The notes under the pieces were generated by a model. It saw nothing but the letters and a program-made list of their open reading frames with translations. It was not told the DNA's origin and did not search any database. From contig CAVRIZ010000008.1 in the NCBI GenBank assembly GCA_963721445.1, positions 232,913-296,912 on the forward strand: a DNA stretch of 64,000 nt, given 5' to 3'. This document shows positions 38,329 through 48,217 of this stretch, one piece after another. Positions within the stretch are counted from its first letter, which is position 1. Each line of letters begins with the position of its first letter. A program made the translations under genes and the position numbers. The stretch comes from an uncultured Chloroflexia bacterium (GTDB lineage: Bacteria; Chloroflexota; Anaerolineae; Anaerolineales; Anaerolineaceae).

Positions 38329-38390
38329 TGGGTTTGAAGGGGAAAATAAGAGCAAATTTATGGTGCGAGATTCGGTATGTTGTGCCAGCG

Positions 38391-38572
38391 GGTAGGTTGG
38401 GTTGAGCGTAAGTTGCGAAACCCAACAAAACATTACAATTACATATAGAATTGCATTGCAGGTTAGTCCTTGGGAAATGTTTTTCCTTGTTTGTAAGTCA
38501 ATCGTTAGCCAGCGAGATTAAGGATCGTTTCAAGAGGTTGGGTTTCAGACATCCGTCCTCAACCCAACCTCT
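38391..38572. repeat. Two hairpins built on GGTTGGGTT / AACCCAACC arms
   Basis: 38391-38426: GTTGGGTT-15 nt-AACCCAAC. 38533-38572: AGAGGTTGGGTT-16 nt-AACCCAACCTCT (perfect 12-bp stem). They lie between convergent genes. Confidence 0.75.
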
Positions 38573-38601
38573 CTGCTTACTGTCGGATTAATATCGGTCC
38601 T

Positions 38602-39027
38602 CTATTGCCTCATCTCAACCCCATCCCGGATCGCCGCTTCAAGCACACCCGTGTTGATATCTTTCAGGGTTTTAAACCGGATGCAATACCCGGTCACGCT
38701 CGCCTTGCCGATTTTTCCCCCATACGTTTCGGCCAAGTATGTCTTGTCTTGTAGTCCAAGGATGTATACAGAGATACCGGTTTTGTTTGCGCTCAAACCA
38801 ATTTGATAAAACTCCCGGGTGGTTCCATCCGCATATTTGATGGTGTGAGATCCATATCCGATATTAGGGTTGGAAACAGTTTTGTTTTCACTGTTTTTAC
38901 CATCCAGGAACCATAATTTACAGGCTGGCATATCTTTCAGAATGATGCGGTGCAACTCTTGCATGTCACTCCGTTTGGGTTCTGGTTGGCTGGTTATATA
39001 CTCGTCGATTTGTTCCTGTACGTTCAT
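38602..39027 (-). CDS. DUF1801 (YdhG-like) domain protein
   Basis: 141 aa. The N-terminal IDEYITSQPEPKRSDMQELHRIILK pattern is typical of the family (recollection, not searched). Confidence 0.6.
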   Translation of the reverse strand: MNVQEQIDEYITSQPEPKRSDMQELHRIILKDMPACKLWFLDGKNSENKTVSNPNIGYGSHTIKYADGTTREFYQIGLSANKTGISVYILGLQDKTYLAETYGGKIGKASVTGYCIRFKTLKDINTGVLEAAIRDGVEMRQ

Positions 39028-39723
39028 TCTTATTCCAATTCTATGAAATAAATTAAGTGATATTTTGTTATCCTATCATTTTTGGGATAAGGTTGCCAAT
39101 CGATTGTCCCAGGTTGGGCACTCTCATAGTCTGAAACCCATTAATCATTTCCACAGTAAATTGGGCGTCACCCTGTTGGGATGCTTCACATGGTACTTAA
39201 AACCGGAGAGCTGCCCTCTTTGAGACGCAGCCCTCCGAATCTATCCATCCTATCTTACTCATGGCACAGCAGCCGGAACCACCTTCTGCGACTTTTTTAC
39301 CATCTCCAGCCAAACCAGGTTGACAAAGAATTCCTCGCAGATGTGAGGTAACAAAACTGTTGCAACTCGTAGCGGATGAACAGCCAGTAAACACCTATCG
39401 AATACCCGTTCGGAAAAAATGTGCGTTGCAGAACCAATGGGATCAGTTTGGTGAGTTTGTCAGCAGTCCATTGATTCCAGCCAGATTAACCAGAAGAACA
39501 GGGGTGGTTTATCTGGACGGACCAAGCCTGAAACCAATATTTATTTCAAGATCAAACCTTAACTGTCCCTACAATTGGTTGATAGTGTGTCATTTGGATA
39601 GTACTCTGATTGTGATACTTGGATCGATTCGTTCTTCCATAACCAGGTTTACCTGGTGCGAGTATTGAGAAGAAAACTAGGAAACCTGCTCCAGATGTAT
39701 TTGCCATATTTTGAGTAGAGACT

Positions 39724-40401
39724 ATGAAAAGAATTGACGTGTCTGCCAATGATCCATCGGTCCTGAAAGCGATCACGCTTGTCGCGGTTGTAACCTTGTT
39801 GATGCTTTCCAACTGTTCTCCAACCAGCAACATTCCTCCCACTCCATCACCCACTTCGACACCCACCCCGGAAAGCGCTGAATCCGAACCACCCGTCCTG
39901 GTGGAGCCAACGAAGGAAGAGGTAATCACTGCCACGGTAGAGATCACGCCTGAGCCAACGGAAGAGCTCGATGAGGAAGATGTCTGTTCCCTGATAACCG
40001 TTGATGATGCAGAGACCGTTCTCGGGCAGGCTGTTACCGCAATTACTCCCGGCGCGGAGCCGGATGATGTCACCGGAGGGACCCTGAATTATTGCACCTA
40101 CCGAGGTTCCGATATGGCGGTAGTGATTACCGTCGTTGGCATCGATTCGGCTGCCGTGGGCACCGACCAATTACATTCAAAGTTATCACAGATGAAGGAG
40201 GAGGATCCAGAAACGAAGACACAGGAAGCACTCGGAGTGGGTGATCAGGCGTATTGGACGGTATCTGAAAACGCTGCCGGCTATATTGTGTTGACCCAAT
40301 CCTCTGTTTTTAGCGTGGTTTTGGGTGGAAATATCGGGAGCGCTGATTCACATAAGAATGAACTCTTGACATTGGCGCAGATCATCGCGAGTAACCAATA
40401 G
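39724..40401 (+). CDS. Secreted or lipoprotein-like hypothetical protein with Pro/Thr/Ser/Glu-rich linker
   Basis: Signal-like LVAVVTLLMLSNC followed by SPTSNIPPTPSPTSTPTPESAESEPP. The antisense ORF 39552..40073 is judged a shadow. Confidence 0.55.
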   Translation: MKRIDVSANDPSVLKAITLVAVVTLLMLSNCSPTSNIPPTPSPTSTPTPESAESEPPVLVEPTKEEVITATVEITPEPTEELDEEDVCSLITVDDAETVLGQAVTAITPGAEPDDVTGGTLNYCTYRGSDMAVVITVVGIDSAAVGTDQLHSKLSQMKEEDPETKTQEALGVGDQAYWTVSENAAGYIVLTQSSVFSVVLGGNIGSADSHKNELLTLAQIIASNQ

Positions 40402-40678
40402 CTTGATGTGTGTGTTGGAATTGCAAGATTAATATCCAAGTTTTGATACTCTAGGCAGTACACGAAAAAAAACCGCTTTTGTGAGCCAGAGGTATCAGGT
40501 TTGCTTTCTAGCCTATTTGACGAACTACGCCGTCACGGATAGGGTTTTCACCTTTCGTTGCAGAATGGCCAGACCAGGTGGATGATACTGTCGGCTCTGA
40601 AGTGAGCCACCATGTCGGACTCTAAACCCGTACCGCATGTAAACCCATCCGAAGACCTCACCCCCCAGCTTTTCCTTT

Positions 40679-40706
40679 TTGTATTTTCCCGCGTAAGCCC
40701 TATAAT
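40679..40706 (+). promoter_or_regulatory. Promoter of the MalT/LuxR regulator; transcript predicted leaderless
   Basis: TTGTAT (40679-40684), 16-nt spacer, TATAAT (40701-40706), then 6 nt to ATG 40713. Confidence 0.5.
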
Positions 40707-40712
40707 GGAACC

Positions 40713-43346
40713 ATGTCTACGCCACTGCTGGCCACCAAACTGTACATCCCCCTGCTCCGATCGAAAATTGTCCTGCGTCCCTACCTGATCGGGCAGCTAA
40801 ACGAGGGCACGCACCGCAAGCTGACCCTCATCTCCGCCCCGGCCGGCTTTGGCAAGACCACCCTGGTCAGCGAATGGGCTGCCAGCGCTGGGCAACCGGT
40901 CGCCTGGCTGTCGCTGGATGAAGGGGACAACGATCCTGCCCGCTTTCTGATATATCTCATCTCGGCGCTGCAGACCATCGATCCGGATATCGGAAAAGAC
41001 CTGCTGGGTGCGCTCAATGCACCGCAGGGTCAGGCGCCGTCGACCGAATCGGTCCTGACGGAACTGCTCAACGATATCGCACACATCCCGACCAGACTCG
41101 TCCTCGTCCTGGATGATTACCACGTGATCGATTCCAAACCGGTGGACGAAGCACTCGCCTTTCTGCTCAAGCACCTGCCCGCGCGGATGCACCTCGTCAT
41201 CGCCACCCGTGAAGACCCGCCCCTGCCCCTGGCGAAATTGCGCGCCCGGGATCAGTTGACCGAATTACGCGCGTCTGACCTGCGATTTACTCCTTCTGAA
41301 GCCGCGGACTTCCTGAACCAGGTCATGGGACTGAACCTCTCCGCCGAAGACATTGCCGCGTTGGAGACCCGCACCGAAGGCTGGATCGCCGGTCTGCAAT
41401 TGGCCGCGATCTCCATGCAGGGCTATGAAGACGTCAGCGGTTTCATCCGCTCTTTCACCGGCAGCCATCATTTCGTGCTGGATTATCTGATCGAAGAAGT
41501 CCTGCATCGACAGCCCGAAACCATCCAGACATTTCTACTTCGAACATCCATCCTCGACCGTCTGTGCGGTCCGTTGTGTGACGCTGTTCTGGGCACTCCT
41601 TCCGCGTCCGGGCAGGAAACCCTGGAATATCTGGAGCGCGCCAACCTGTTCATCGTCCCCCTGGATAACGAGCGGCGCTGGTTCCGCTATCATCATCTTT
41701 TTGGCGATCTGCTGCGCCAACGTCTGAACCTGAGCCTGAATACGGAAGAGATCGCCGATCACCATATCCGCGGGAGTGAATGGTATGAACAAAATGGAAT
41801 GTTGTTTGACGCCTTTCGACACGCCACCGCCGCTGGTGATGTGGAACGTGCCGAGCGTCTGATCGAAAACCCCAGAATCGGTCTGCACATTCGCAGCGTG
41901 GCGATGGTCGTGCTGGCCTGGCTGGCATCGCTGCCGAAAGCCGTGCTGGACGCCCATCCCCGATTGTGGGTGCGCTCAGGCACACTCGCGTTGATGGCCG
42001 GACAAACCACCGATGTGGAGGAGAAGTTGCAGTCGGCTGAAAAAGCCCTCCAGGATGCCGAACTAAATGCCACTACCCGCGACCTGATTGGGCAGATCGC
42101 GTGTGCCCGGGCAACCCTGGCGCTCACCCGATACGACCCGGCAACTATGCTCGTCCAGGCTCACCGCGCCCTCGAATACCTGCATCCCGACAACCTGACC
42201 TACCAATTCACGGCAAACTGGGCGCTGGCGTCGGCTTATCTCTTCCAAGGGAATCGCGCTGAATCTGCCAGGGCGTATACGAAAGCCCTCTCGATCAGCC
42301 AGGCGTCCGGGAATACCTTCTCCATCATATTGGCTTTGAACGGACTGGGCAAACTGCAGGAATTCGATAATCAACTTTATACCGCTGCCGAGACCTACCG
42401 CCGTTGTCTTGATCTGTTTGGAGATCATCCACAGCCGAACGGAAGCGAAACCATTCTTGGCTTGGCCCGGATCCATTACGAATGGAACGATCTGGATGCT
42501 GCAGAAGAATATGCGTTACAAAGCCTTCGTCTTGCCAGACAGTTTGACCGTAGCATTGATCGCTATATTGTTTCGGATGTGCTTCTTGCCCAACTTAAAA
42601 TGGTGCGGGGGGATCTCAGTGGAGCGGCGATTCTGCTTGCCCAAAGCAGGAAAGCGGTCCATCCGCAGAGTATGATGCAGATAATGCCTCTGGTTACGGC
42701 TGCGCAGGTGCTGGTCCTGCTCAAGCAGGGTAATTTGGCGGAAGCGGCTGAATTGGCGCAGACCTTTCCGCTGCCCCTGAGCCAGGCACGGATACTCCTT
42801 GCCCGGGAAGACCCGTCCGCTGCTCTGGCGGTGCTTTTACCATTCCGTCAGCAGATGGAAGCGATGGGATGGGCGGATGAACGGCTAAAGGCGATGGTTC
42901 TGGAGGCACTCGCACTACATCAAATCGGCGAGAAGGACAAGGCTTTACAACTGCTGGGTGACATTCTCACCCTGACAGAACCGGGCGGCTTTGTCCGTAC
43001 CTTTGTGGATGAAGGCGTCCCCATGGCACAGCTCTTGTCTGATGCGGCTGCCATCGGGCTGATGCCGGACTCTATCAGAAAATTGCTGGCTGTCTTTGAA
43101 GCAGATAAACACAAGAACGAAGTCAAACCTGAGCGCCCATCCGGGCTTTTAGGCGAGCCATTAAGCCAGAGAGAATTGGAAATACTGAAGCTGATCGCTC
43201 AGGGTCTCTCGAATCAAGAGATTTGCAAAAATCTCTTCCTTGCCCTGGACACGGTCAAAGGACACAACCGCAAAATTTTTGCTAAGCTGCAGGTTCAAAG
43301 GCGCACCGAAGCGATTGTCCGCGCCCGCGAATTGAACCTGTTGTAA
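40713..43346 (+). CDS. MalT-like STAND ATPase / LuxR-family transcriptional regulator
   Basis: Walker A ISAPAGFGKTTL, Walker B LVLDDYH, TPR-like middle region, C-terminal LuxR HTH LSQRELEILKLIAQGLSNQEICKNLFLALDTVKGHNRKIFAKL. Confidence 0.9.
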   Translation: MSTPLLATKLYIPLLRSKIVLRPYLIGQLNEGTHRKLTLISAPAGFGKTTLVSEWAASAGQPVAWLSLDEGDNDPARFLIYLISALQTIDPDIGKDLLGALNAPQGQAPSTESVLTELLNDIAHIPTRLVLVLDDYHVIDSKPVDEALAFLLKHLPARMHLVIATREDPPLPLAKLRARDQLTELRASDLRFTPSEAADFLNQVMGLNLSAEDIAALETRTEGWIAGLQLAAISMQGYEDVSGFIRSFTGSHHFVLDYLIEEVLHRQPETIQTFLLRTSILDRLCGPLCDAVLGTPSASGQETLEYLERANLFIVPLDNERRWFRYHHLFGDLLRQRLNLSLNTEEIADHHIRGSEWYEQNGMLFDAFRHATAAGDVERAERLIENPRIGLHIRSVAMVVLAWLASLPKAVLDAHPRLWVRSGTLALMAGQTTDVEEKLQSAEKALQDAELNATTRDLIGQIACARATLALTRYDPATMLVQAHRALEYLHPDNLTYQFTANWALASAYLFQGNRAESARAYTKALSISQASGNTFSIILALNGLGKLQEFDNQLYTAAETYRRCLDLFGDHPQPNGSETILGLARIHYEWNDLDAAEEYALQSLRLARQFDRSIDRYIVSDVLLAQLKMVRGDLSGAAILLAQSRKAVHPQSMMQIMPLVTAAQVLVLLKQGNLAEAAELAQTFPLPLSQARILLAREDPSAALAVLLPFRQQMEAMGWADERLKAMVLEALALHQIGEKDKALQLLGDILTLTEPGGFVRTFVDEGVPMAQLLSDAAAIGLMPDSIRKLLAVFEADKHKNEVKPERPSGLLGEPLSQRELEILKLIAQGLSNQEICKNLFLALDTVKGHNRKIFAKLQVQRRTEAIVRARELNLL

Positions 43347-43447
43347 AAAAGACTCCCTGTTTTCCACACCATCACTTAAACAACACCCATAACCAACACT
43401 AAAGTGTCTATCCACTGACACCGTGTGCCTCTATACTCCTGTTCAGG

Positions 43448-43777
43448 ATGCAACGGGTACAACAAGTTGCAATAACCAGTCTGGACAGGGACAGGGCAAT
43501 GACAAAAAATTACAATCCAACAACGGACACAAGTCCACCCGGGGTCTATCAGATCCGGATCAAAGGGCATCTGGGTCGTCAATGGACAGACTGGTTCGAA
43601 GGCCTGACCATCACACAGGAGGATAACGGCGAGACGGTATTGACCGGTCCGGTGGTTGATCAGGCTGCGTTATATGGATTGCTCAAAAAAGTACGGGATA
43701 TGGGGATGTCATTGGTCTCGGTTACTCAAGTCCAATCCGATCAAACCGATCATATTCAAAACTGGAGAAAAGAATGA
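43448..43777 (+). CDS. Small conserved hypothetical protein
   Basis: Core YQIRIKGHLGRQWTDWFEGLTI...VVDQAALYGLLKKVRDMGMSLVSV resembles an uncharacterised family I recall seeing next to regulators. The start could be ATG 43499. Confidence 0.55.
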   Translation: MQRVQQVAITSLDRDRAMTKNYNPTTDTSPPGVYQIRIKGHLGRQWTDWFEGLTITQEDNGETVLTGPVVDQAALYGLLKKVRDMGMSLVSVTQVQSDQTDHIQNWRKE

Positions 43778-44205
43778 ATTCTGTATCAAATCCGAACGCG
43801 TTTCAAGATAGGAAAGGGTTGTTATCCACATTATGGATCTTCCTGGCTGCCAACTACATCTATTGTGATCATCTGGGATTAATGGAGCCCGGGGCCGTTA
43901 ATGATCTGCTAGCGGGACGGCTGGGTTCCATTCAAGTCACGCCCCCATTTTTACTTACAGCCGCATTGATCGTAGAAATTCCCATTTTGATGATCGTCCT
44001 GTCGCGGGTATTGAAGTATAGGGTAAACCGCTGGGTAAACATCAGCGCTGCTGCCATAATGGTGCTAATTCAAGTGGGGACAATGGGTTTTGGAACCCCG
44101 CCCAGCCCGGTCTATATTTTTTATAGTGTGATAGAGGTCGTCTGCAATTTGATCATTATCGGGTTGGCCTGGAAGTGGCGCAATCCGGAAGACAGCCAAA
44201 AGTAA
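43774..44205 (+). CDS. Small 4-TM membrane protein (DUF6326-like)
   Basis: The ATGA overlaps the upstream stop. LLSTLWIFLAANYIYCDHLGLMEP motif. The family assignment is from memory. Confidence 0.5.
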   Translation: MNSVSNPNAFQDRKGLLSTLWIFLAANYIYCDHLGLMEPGAVNDLLAGRLGSIQVTPPFLLTAALIVEIPILMIVLSRVLKYRVNRWVNISAAAIMVLIQVGTMGFGTPPSPVYIFYSVIEVVCNLIIIGLAWKWRNPEDSQK

Positions 44206-44226
44206 TCAAATAAAGAATGATTTGAA

Positions 44227-44961
44227 ATGAATTCGAGTAAGGAATGTCCGAAAAGGACTTACAGAAAGAATGCGGTCATGGCCGGCGGGTTATTTATCAT
44301 CGGAACGGTTGCAGGGACGATTAGTGCAGTGGTATCCAATCCGGTTTTGAGTGCACCGGACTATTTGAACAGAATATCAACTAATCAGAACCTGGTCATT
44401 ATTGGGATAACGCTGCAATTAATCATGGCCATCGCCTGCGCTGGAATCGCTCTGGCGCTTTATCCAGTATTGCGGAGATTCAGTGAAGGGCTGGCAATCG
44501 GAGCAGTTGCCTTCAGGCTTATCGAGAACATGCTTCAGATCTTGAAAGCGGTCAGTATGGCCAGTCTGTTGGCATTGAGCCTTGAATTTTCCACAACAGA
44601 ATCGCCCGCCAATTCGTATTTTCAAAGTATTGGTGCGATCATAAACTCCGCAAGCGATTGGATGATCCATGGTGCCGGGTTGATCTGCTTTTCCATTGGC
44701 GCAGCGATGTATTACATACTCTTTTACCAGTACAGACTCCTGCCCCGCTGGTTATCCGTTTGGGGGTTGGTCAGCCTGGCCATGGTCATCATCGGCAGCG
44801 TCCTGGTTCTACTCCATGTCATCCCCGCCTTCGGTACCGTTCAGGTAGTTCTCAATCTGCCGATCTTCCTGCAGGAAATGGTCTTCGCGGTCTGGCTGAT
44901 CGTGAAAGGGTTCGATCAATCTGTGATCGCATCCAAGTCTGAAAATCTGGAAATTAATTAA
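44227..44961 (+). CDS. Membrane protein (DUF4386-like), paralogue 1
   Basis: 6 hydrophobic segments. Similar in length and topology to the next gene. The family assignment is from memory. Confidence 0.5.
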   Translation: MNSSKECPKRTYRKNAVMAGGLFIIGTVAGTISAVVSNPVLSAPDYLNRISTNQNLVIIGITLQLIMAIACAGIALALYPVLRRFSEGLAIGAVAFRLIENMLQILKAVSMASLLALSLEFSTTESPANSYFQSIGAIINSASDWMIHGAGLICFSIGAAMYYILFYQYRLLPRWLSVWGLVSLAMVIIGSVLVLLHVIPAFGTVQVVLNLPIFLQEMVFAVWLIVKGFDQSVIASKSENLEIN

Positions 44962-44973
44962 GGAAAATATCAA

Positions 44974-45660
44974 ATGAATACAAGTAACAATATATCAAGA
45001 GTTTTAGGGGCTGCATTTCTTCTTCAGGCAGTGACCTCTTTGACGAGTGGATTACCCCTGAAGCTGGCATTGACTGTGCCCGGAAACATCGGTGAAACCA
45101 TGACCAGGATTGCGAATAATGCTTTGCTAATGAGGGCGAACATTTTTGGTGAAACGATCACCGCCTGTGGGATCATCTTTTTGGGAGCCGTTCTATTTAT
45201 CACCCTGCGGAAACAGAATGAAATCATGGCAATGGTTGGTATGGGATTGTATTTTCTGGAAGCGGTGCTGCTTGCTGCCAGTAGAGTAGAGGCTTTCTCT
45301 CTATTACGTATCAGCCAGGAATATATGACAGCAGGTCCTTCTTCGTATTTGATGACTATGGGCAACCTGGCGTATGAATCCATGCGATTTGAATATCAAC
45401 TGGCTATGCTGGCGTTCTGCGCGGGTGCTCTTCTTTTTTACCCCTTGCTCGACAAAGCCAGAATAGTCCCACGGGTTCTGTCACTCTGGGGCGTGATCAC
45501 CGTGTTTCCCGTCCTGGCTGCAACTTTAACTGTGATCTTTGGAGTTGAACTTCCTTTCTTCGTATACCTCCCATACGTCCCCTTTGAATTTGCCATTGGA
45601 ATTTGGATCCTGATCAAAGGTATCAGGCTGGATACAGGAACAAAGCCAAGTTTTGCGTAA
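44974..45660 (+). CDS. Membrane protein (DUF4386-like), paralogue 2
   Basis: RVLGAAFLLQAVTSLTSG N-terminus and 6 hydrophobic segments; tandem with 44227..44961. Confidence 0.5.
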   Translation: MNTSNNISRVLGAAFLLQAVTSLTSGLPLKLALTVPGNIGETMTRIANNALLMRANIFGETITACGIIFLGAVLFITLRKQNEIMAMVGMGLYFLEAVLLAASRVEAFSLLRISQEYMTAGPSSYLMTMGNLAYESMRFEYQLAMLAFCAGALLFYPLLDKARIVPRVLSLWGVITVFPVLAATLTVIFGVELPFFVYLPYVPFEFAIGIWILIKGIRLDTGTKPSFA

Positions 45661-45697
45661 TAAGACAGCCAAACTGATCAAAAACGAAGAGACTATT

Positions 45698-46681
45698 ATG
45701 AAAGCCATTGTTTGCCCGAAATACGGTCCACCGGATGTGCTGAAATACAAAGAGGTGGAAAAACCTGCGCCACAGGATGATGAAGTACTGATCAAAGTTC
45801 GTGCGGCATCCATCAATTCGCGTGATTGGCGTATGATGCGAGCTAATCCACCCTTCATACGTTTCAGTATGGGGTTTCTGAAACCGAAAAACCCAATTCT
45901 CGGTGTAGATATGGCCGGGCAGGTTGTAGCGATCGGTCCGAACGTGAAGCTGTTCCAGCCGGGAGATGAAGTGTTCGGGTATCTACATCGATATGGCGGG
46001 CGGACCTTTGCCGAGTATGTCTGTGCCGGAGAGAATGAAATTGCAATGAAACCTGCCAAACTATCATTCGAACAAGCTGCGGCAGTACCGTTGGCGGCGC
46101 TGACTGCGTTACAAGGGTTGCATAATAAGGGACACATCCAGGCAGGGCAGAAGGTGTTGATACAAGGTGCCTCAGGGGGTGTGGGCACCTTCGCAGTCCA
46201 GATCGCCAAAGCGTTCGGGACGGAAGTGACAGGTGTATGCAGTACCAGGAATTTGGAGATGGTCCGTTCGCTTGGGGCGGATCATGTCATCGATTATAAG
46301 AAGGAAGATTTCACCCGCAATAAACAGCGCTATGATTTGATTGTGGCTGCAAATGGTTACCATCCTATTGCTGATTATCTGCATGCGTTGAGCCCGGATG
46401 GGATCTATGTCGTTGCTGGAGGCTCCATGCTTCAATTAGCCCAGGCGGCAATGCAAGCGCGGAAGAATTCCAACACGGATGGCAATAAAACGTATGTGGT
46501 GAACCAAGAAAGAAACCTACAAGATCTGATCTTTTTAAAGGAACTTCTCGAATCAGGAAAGATCGTTCCGGTTATCGATGCTTGTTATCCGTTATCTCGG
46601 GCGGTTGATGCCTTCCGGTATTATGAAAATGAACATCCGCGCGGGAAGATCGTCCTTACTGTTGGACAAAATAGCCATTAA
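45698..46681 (+). CDS. Medium-chain (zinc-type/quinone oxidoreductase-like) NAD(P)-dependent dehydrogenase
   Basis: Start at MKAIVCPKYGPPDVL. GroES-like N-terminal domain. Rossmann motif IQGASGGVGTFAVQIAK. Confidence 0.85.
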   Translation: MKAIVCPKYGPPDVLKYKEVEKPAPQDDEVLIKVRAASINSRDWRMMRANPPFIRFSMGFLKPKNPILGVDMAGQVVAIGPNVKLFQPGDEVFGYLHRYGGRTFAEYVCAGENEIAMKPAKLSFEQAAAVPLAALTALQGLHNKGHIQAGQKVLIQGASGGVGTFAVQIAKAFGTEVTGVCSTRNLEMVRSLGADHVIDYKKEDFTRNKQRYDLIVAANGYHPIADYLHALSPDGIYVVAGGSMLQLAQAAMQARKNSNTDGNKTYVVNQERNLQDLIFLKELLESGKIVPVIDACYPLSRAVDAFRYYENEHPRGKIVLTVGQNSH

Positions 46682-46735
46682 CGCCGCACATTCTAAACAC
46701 TCATCGCTGATTCGGTTTGCTTGTTGAGATATGCG

Positions 46736-46761
46736 AAGGGCGCTCGGGTGAGCGCCCTTTT
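46736..46761. terminator. GC hairpin between convergent genes
   Basis: AAGGGCGCTC gggt GAGCGCCCTT followed by TT. Confidence 0.5.
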
Positions 46762-46792
46762 AGTACTCTACTCTGCAGCTATTACAATGGAT

Positions 46793-47623
46793 TCAAGCAA
46801 TCTGCGGCATTGGTTGAACCACCTTATTTACCAACTCCGGCCAGATGAGGTGGATGATGATATCAGCGCTGAAGTGGGCTACCATGGCTGATTCGAGCCC
46901 GTAGCGCATGTAGAGCCAACCGAACGCTACGCCGCACAGTCCGTTCAGCAGGAAGGCGCGGAAGAGCACCAGCGTGGTCAGCTTCGTGATCCGGGCTGTG
47001 GCGGGCAGGTGCCCGGCTCCGAACAGCAGGGCCGCCAGGATGTTGGCGATCCAGAAGATGATAGTAGTCTCACCCGCGCCGGCGGCCTTCCACACCAGGC
47101 TGATAAGCCATGCGAAACCAGACATCACAAACAGGCGCAGCAGGATCTCTTCCACGAATCCACCGTAGAAGCAGGCCAGGGCCCGTATCCAGAAGGCGGA
47201 TCGTTTGTCCGCATCCCTCAGCGCCACGGGCAAGCGCGGGTAGAAAAAGAAACGCTCCAGCATCATCAAGACCACGCCAGAAACCACGCCGGTGATCACA
47301 GCCAAAGGCACGAAAGCGGTGAGCGAGGCATCCACCGGTTGTCCAGCAGCAATGGCGGTGAAGATGGGAAGCTGCAAACCCATCCGGTTGGCTGCGAGCA
47401 GCCCCAGGAAAGTCGCGACTGCGCTCAACACCAATCCCTGCACGGAAGAGGCTAACAGGATAATCACACTCGGCGGTAGCGATTTCTTACCCTCCACCTG
47501 TTTTGCTTTAAGCGCTTCCATCCCCGCGGGGTTGAGCGCCAGGCTATAAGGGATGACCGTGAGGGTGCCAATTACACCGATGGCCAGGATGATAAAGAAA
47601 ATAGTCCAGTTAAAGTCGTTCAT
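46793..47623 (-). CDS. CPBP-family (CAAX/Abi) intramembrane metalloprotease
   Basis: Motifs FVEEILLRLF (EExxxR), FGAGHL, HFSADI; multi-TM. Confidence 0.85.
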   Translation of the reverse strand: MNDFNWTIFFIILAIGVIGTLTVIPYSLALNPAGMEALKAKQVEGKKSLPPSVIILLASSVQGLVLSAVATFLGLLAANRMGLQLPIFTAIAAGQPVDASLTAFVPLAVITGVVSGVVLMMLERFFFYPRLPVALRDADKRSAFWIRALACFYGGFVEEILLRLFVMSGFAWLISLVWKAAGAGETTIIFWIANILAALLFGAGHLPATARITKLTTLVLFRAFLLNGLCGVAFGWLYMRYGLESAMVAHFSADIIIHLIWPELVNKVVQPMPQIA

Positions 47624-47634
47624 TTCAATTCCTT

Positions 47635-48195
47635 TTAAGTAGTAGTTGCGGCTGCAGGCATGAATACCGTTGAGAAGATCCGTTTGCGGCGCAGTTGTCC
47701 GGCCGGATCGGTCCCTTCGGTAAGATAAGGCAGCAGCATTTGATTAAATTTGGCGGCGAAGTCCGCCAGGTCTGCATCGCTCATGTGTAATATTACCTGG
47801 GCGTACCCCACTCCGTCCGCGGCCATATCGATCTTGGGGGTCTGGCGCAGGTAGGTGGAGAACTCGTCCATGAGGGTGACGAGAAATGAGTTGAAGTAAT
47901 GCATGTGCTCGTCTTTGCTCAGGGCAGCCATGTCTTCCCCGGTCAGGTGGGTTTTGGACGCGGTATTCAAGGCGTACACTTTTTCGGTGGTTCCTCGGAC
48001 ACGGCGTTCTTCCACGATGATGAGGACGTTGCCTTCCACCAGGCGGTTGATGTGGCGGTAGAGACTAGCCTGGGGGACATCAGGCAGCGCTTCGGCTATC
48101 TGCAGGGGGGTTAGCCCATGGTTGCCGGATAAGGACATCATAATCCTCATGCGGGTGGGATGTACCATTACGTCGAGTAGATTGTTTTCAGTCAT
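47635..48195 (-). CDS. Winged-helix (ArsR-type HTH) transcriptional regulator with C-terminal extension
   Basis: HPTRMRIMMSLSGNHGLTPLQIAEALPDVPQASLYRHINRLVEGNVL. Co-oriented with, and 11 nt upstream of, the CPBP gene. Confidence 0.75.
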   Translation of the reverse strand: MTENNLLDVMVHPTRMRIMMSLSGNHGLTPLQIAEALPDVPQASLYRHINRLVEGNVLIIVEERRVRGTTEKVYALNTASKTHLTGEDMAALSKDEHMHYFNSFLVTLMDEFSTYLRQTPKIDMAADGVGYAQVILHMSDADLADFAAKFNQMLLPYLTEGTDPAGQLRRKRIFSTVFMPAAATTT

Positions 48196-48217
48196 TGTTC
48201 ACCTCATCATTATCATT

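Noticed and set aside
39197-39668. ORFs 39197..39394 (-) and 39360..39668 (+) as real genes.
   Set aside because: They have no motifs, overlap each other, and lack an SD or promoter context. This is more likely degraded or non-coding sequence, so I kept it as a low-interest finding instead.
39552-40073. 173-aa minus-strand ORF rich in Ser/Thr/Gly/Val.
   Set aside because: It is the mirror image of the low-complexity linker of the + strand lipoprotein-like gene, which has a signal sequence and a globular C-terminal part.
40713-43346. STAND NTPase as an anti-phage Avs-like defence protein.
   Set aside because: The C-terminus is a standard LuxR DNA-binding HTH and there is no effector (nuclease, protease, TIR or similar) domain. 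The architecture is that of MalT-type transcription activators.
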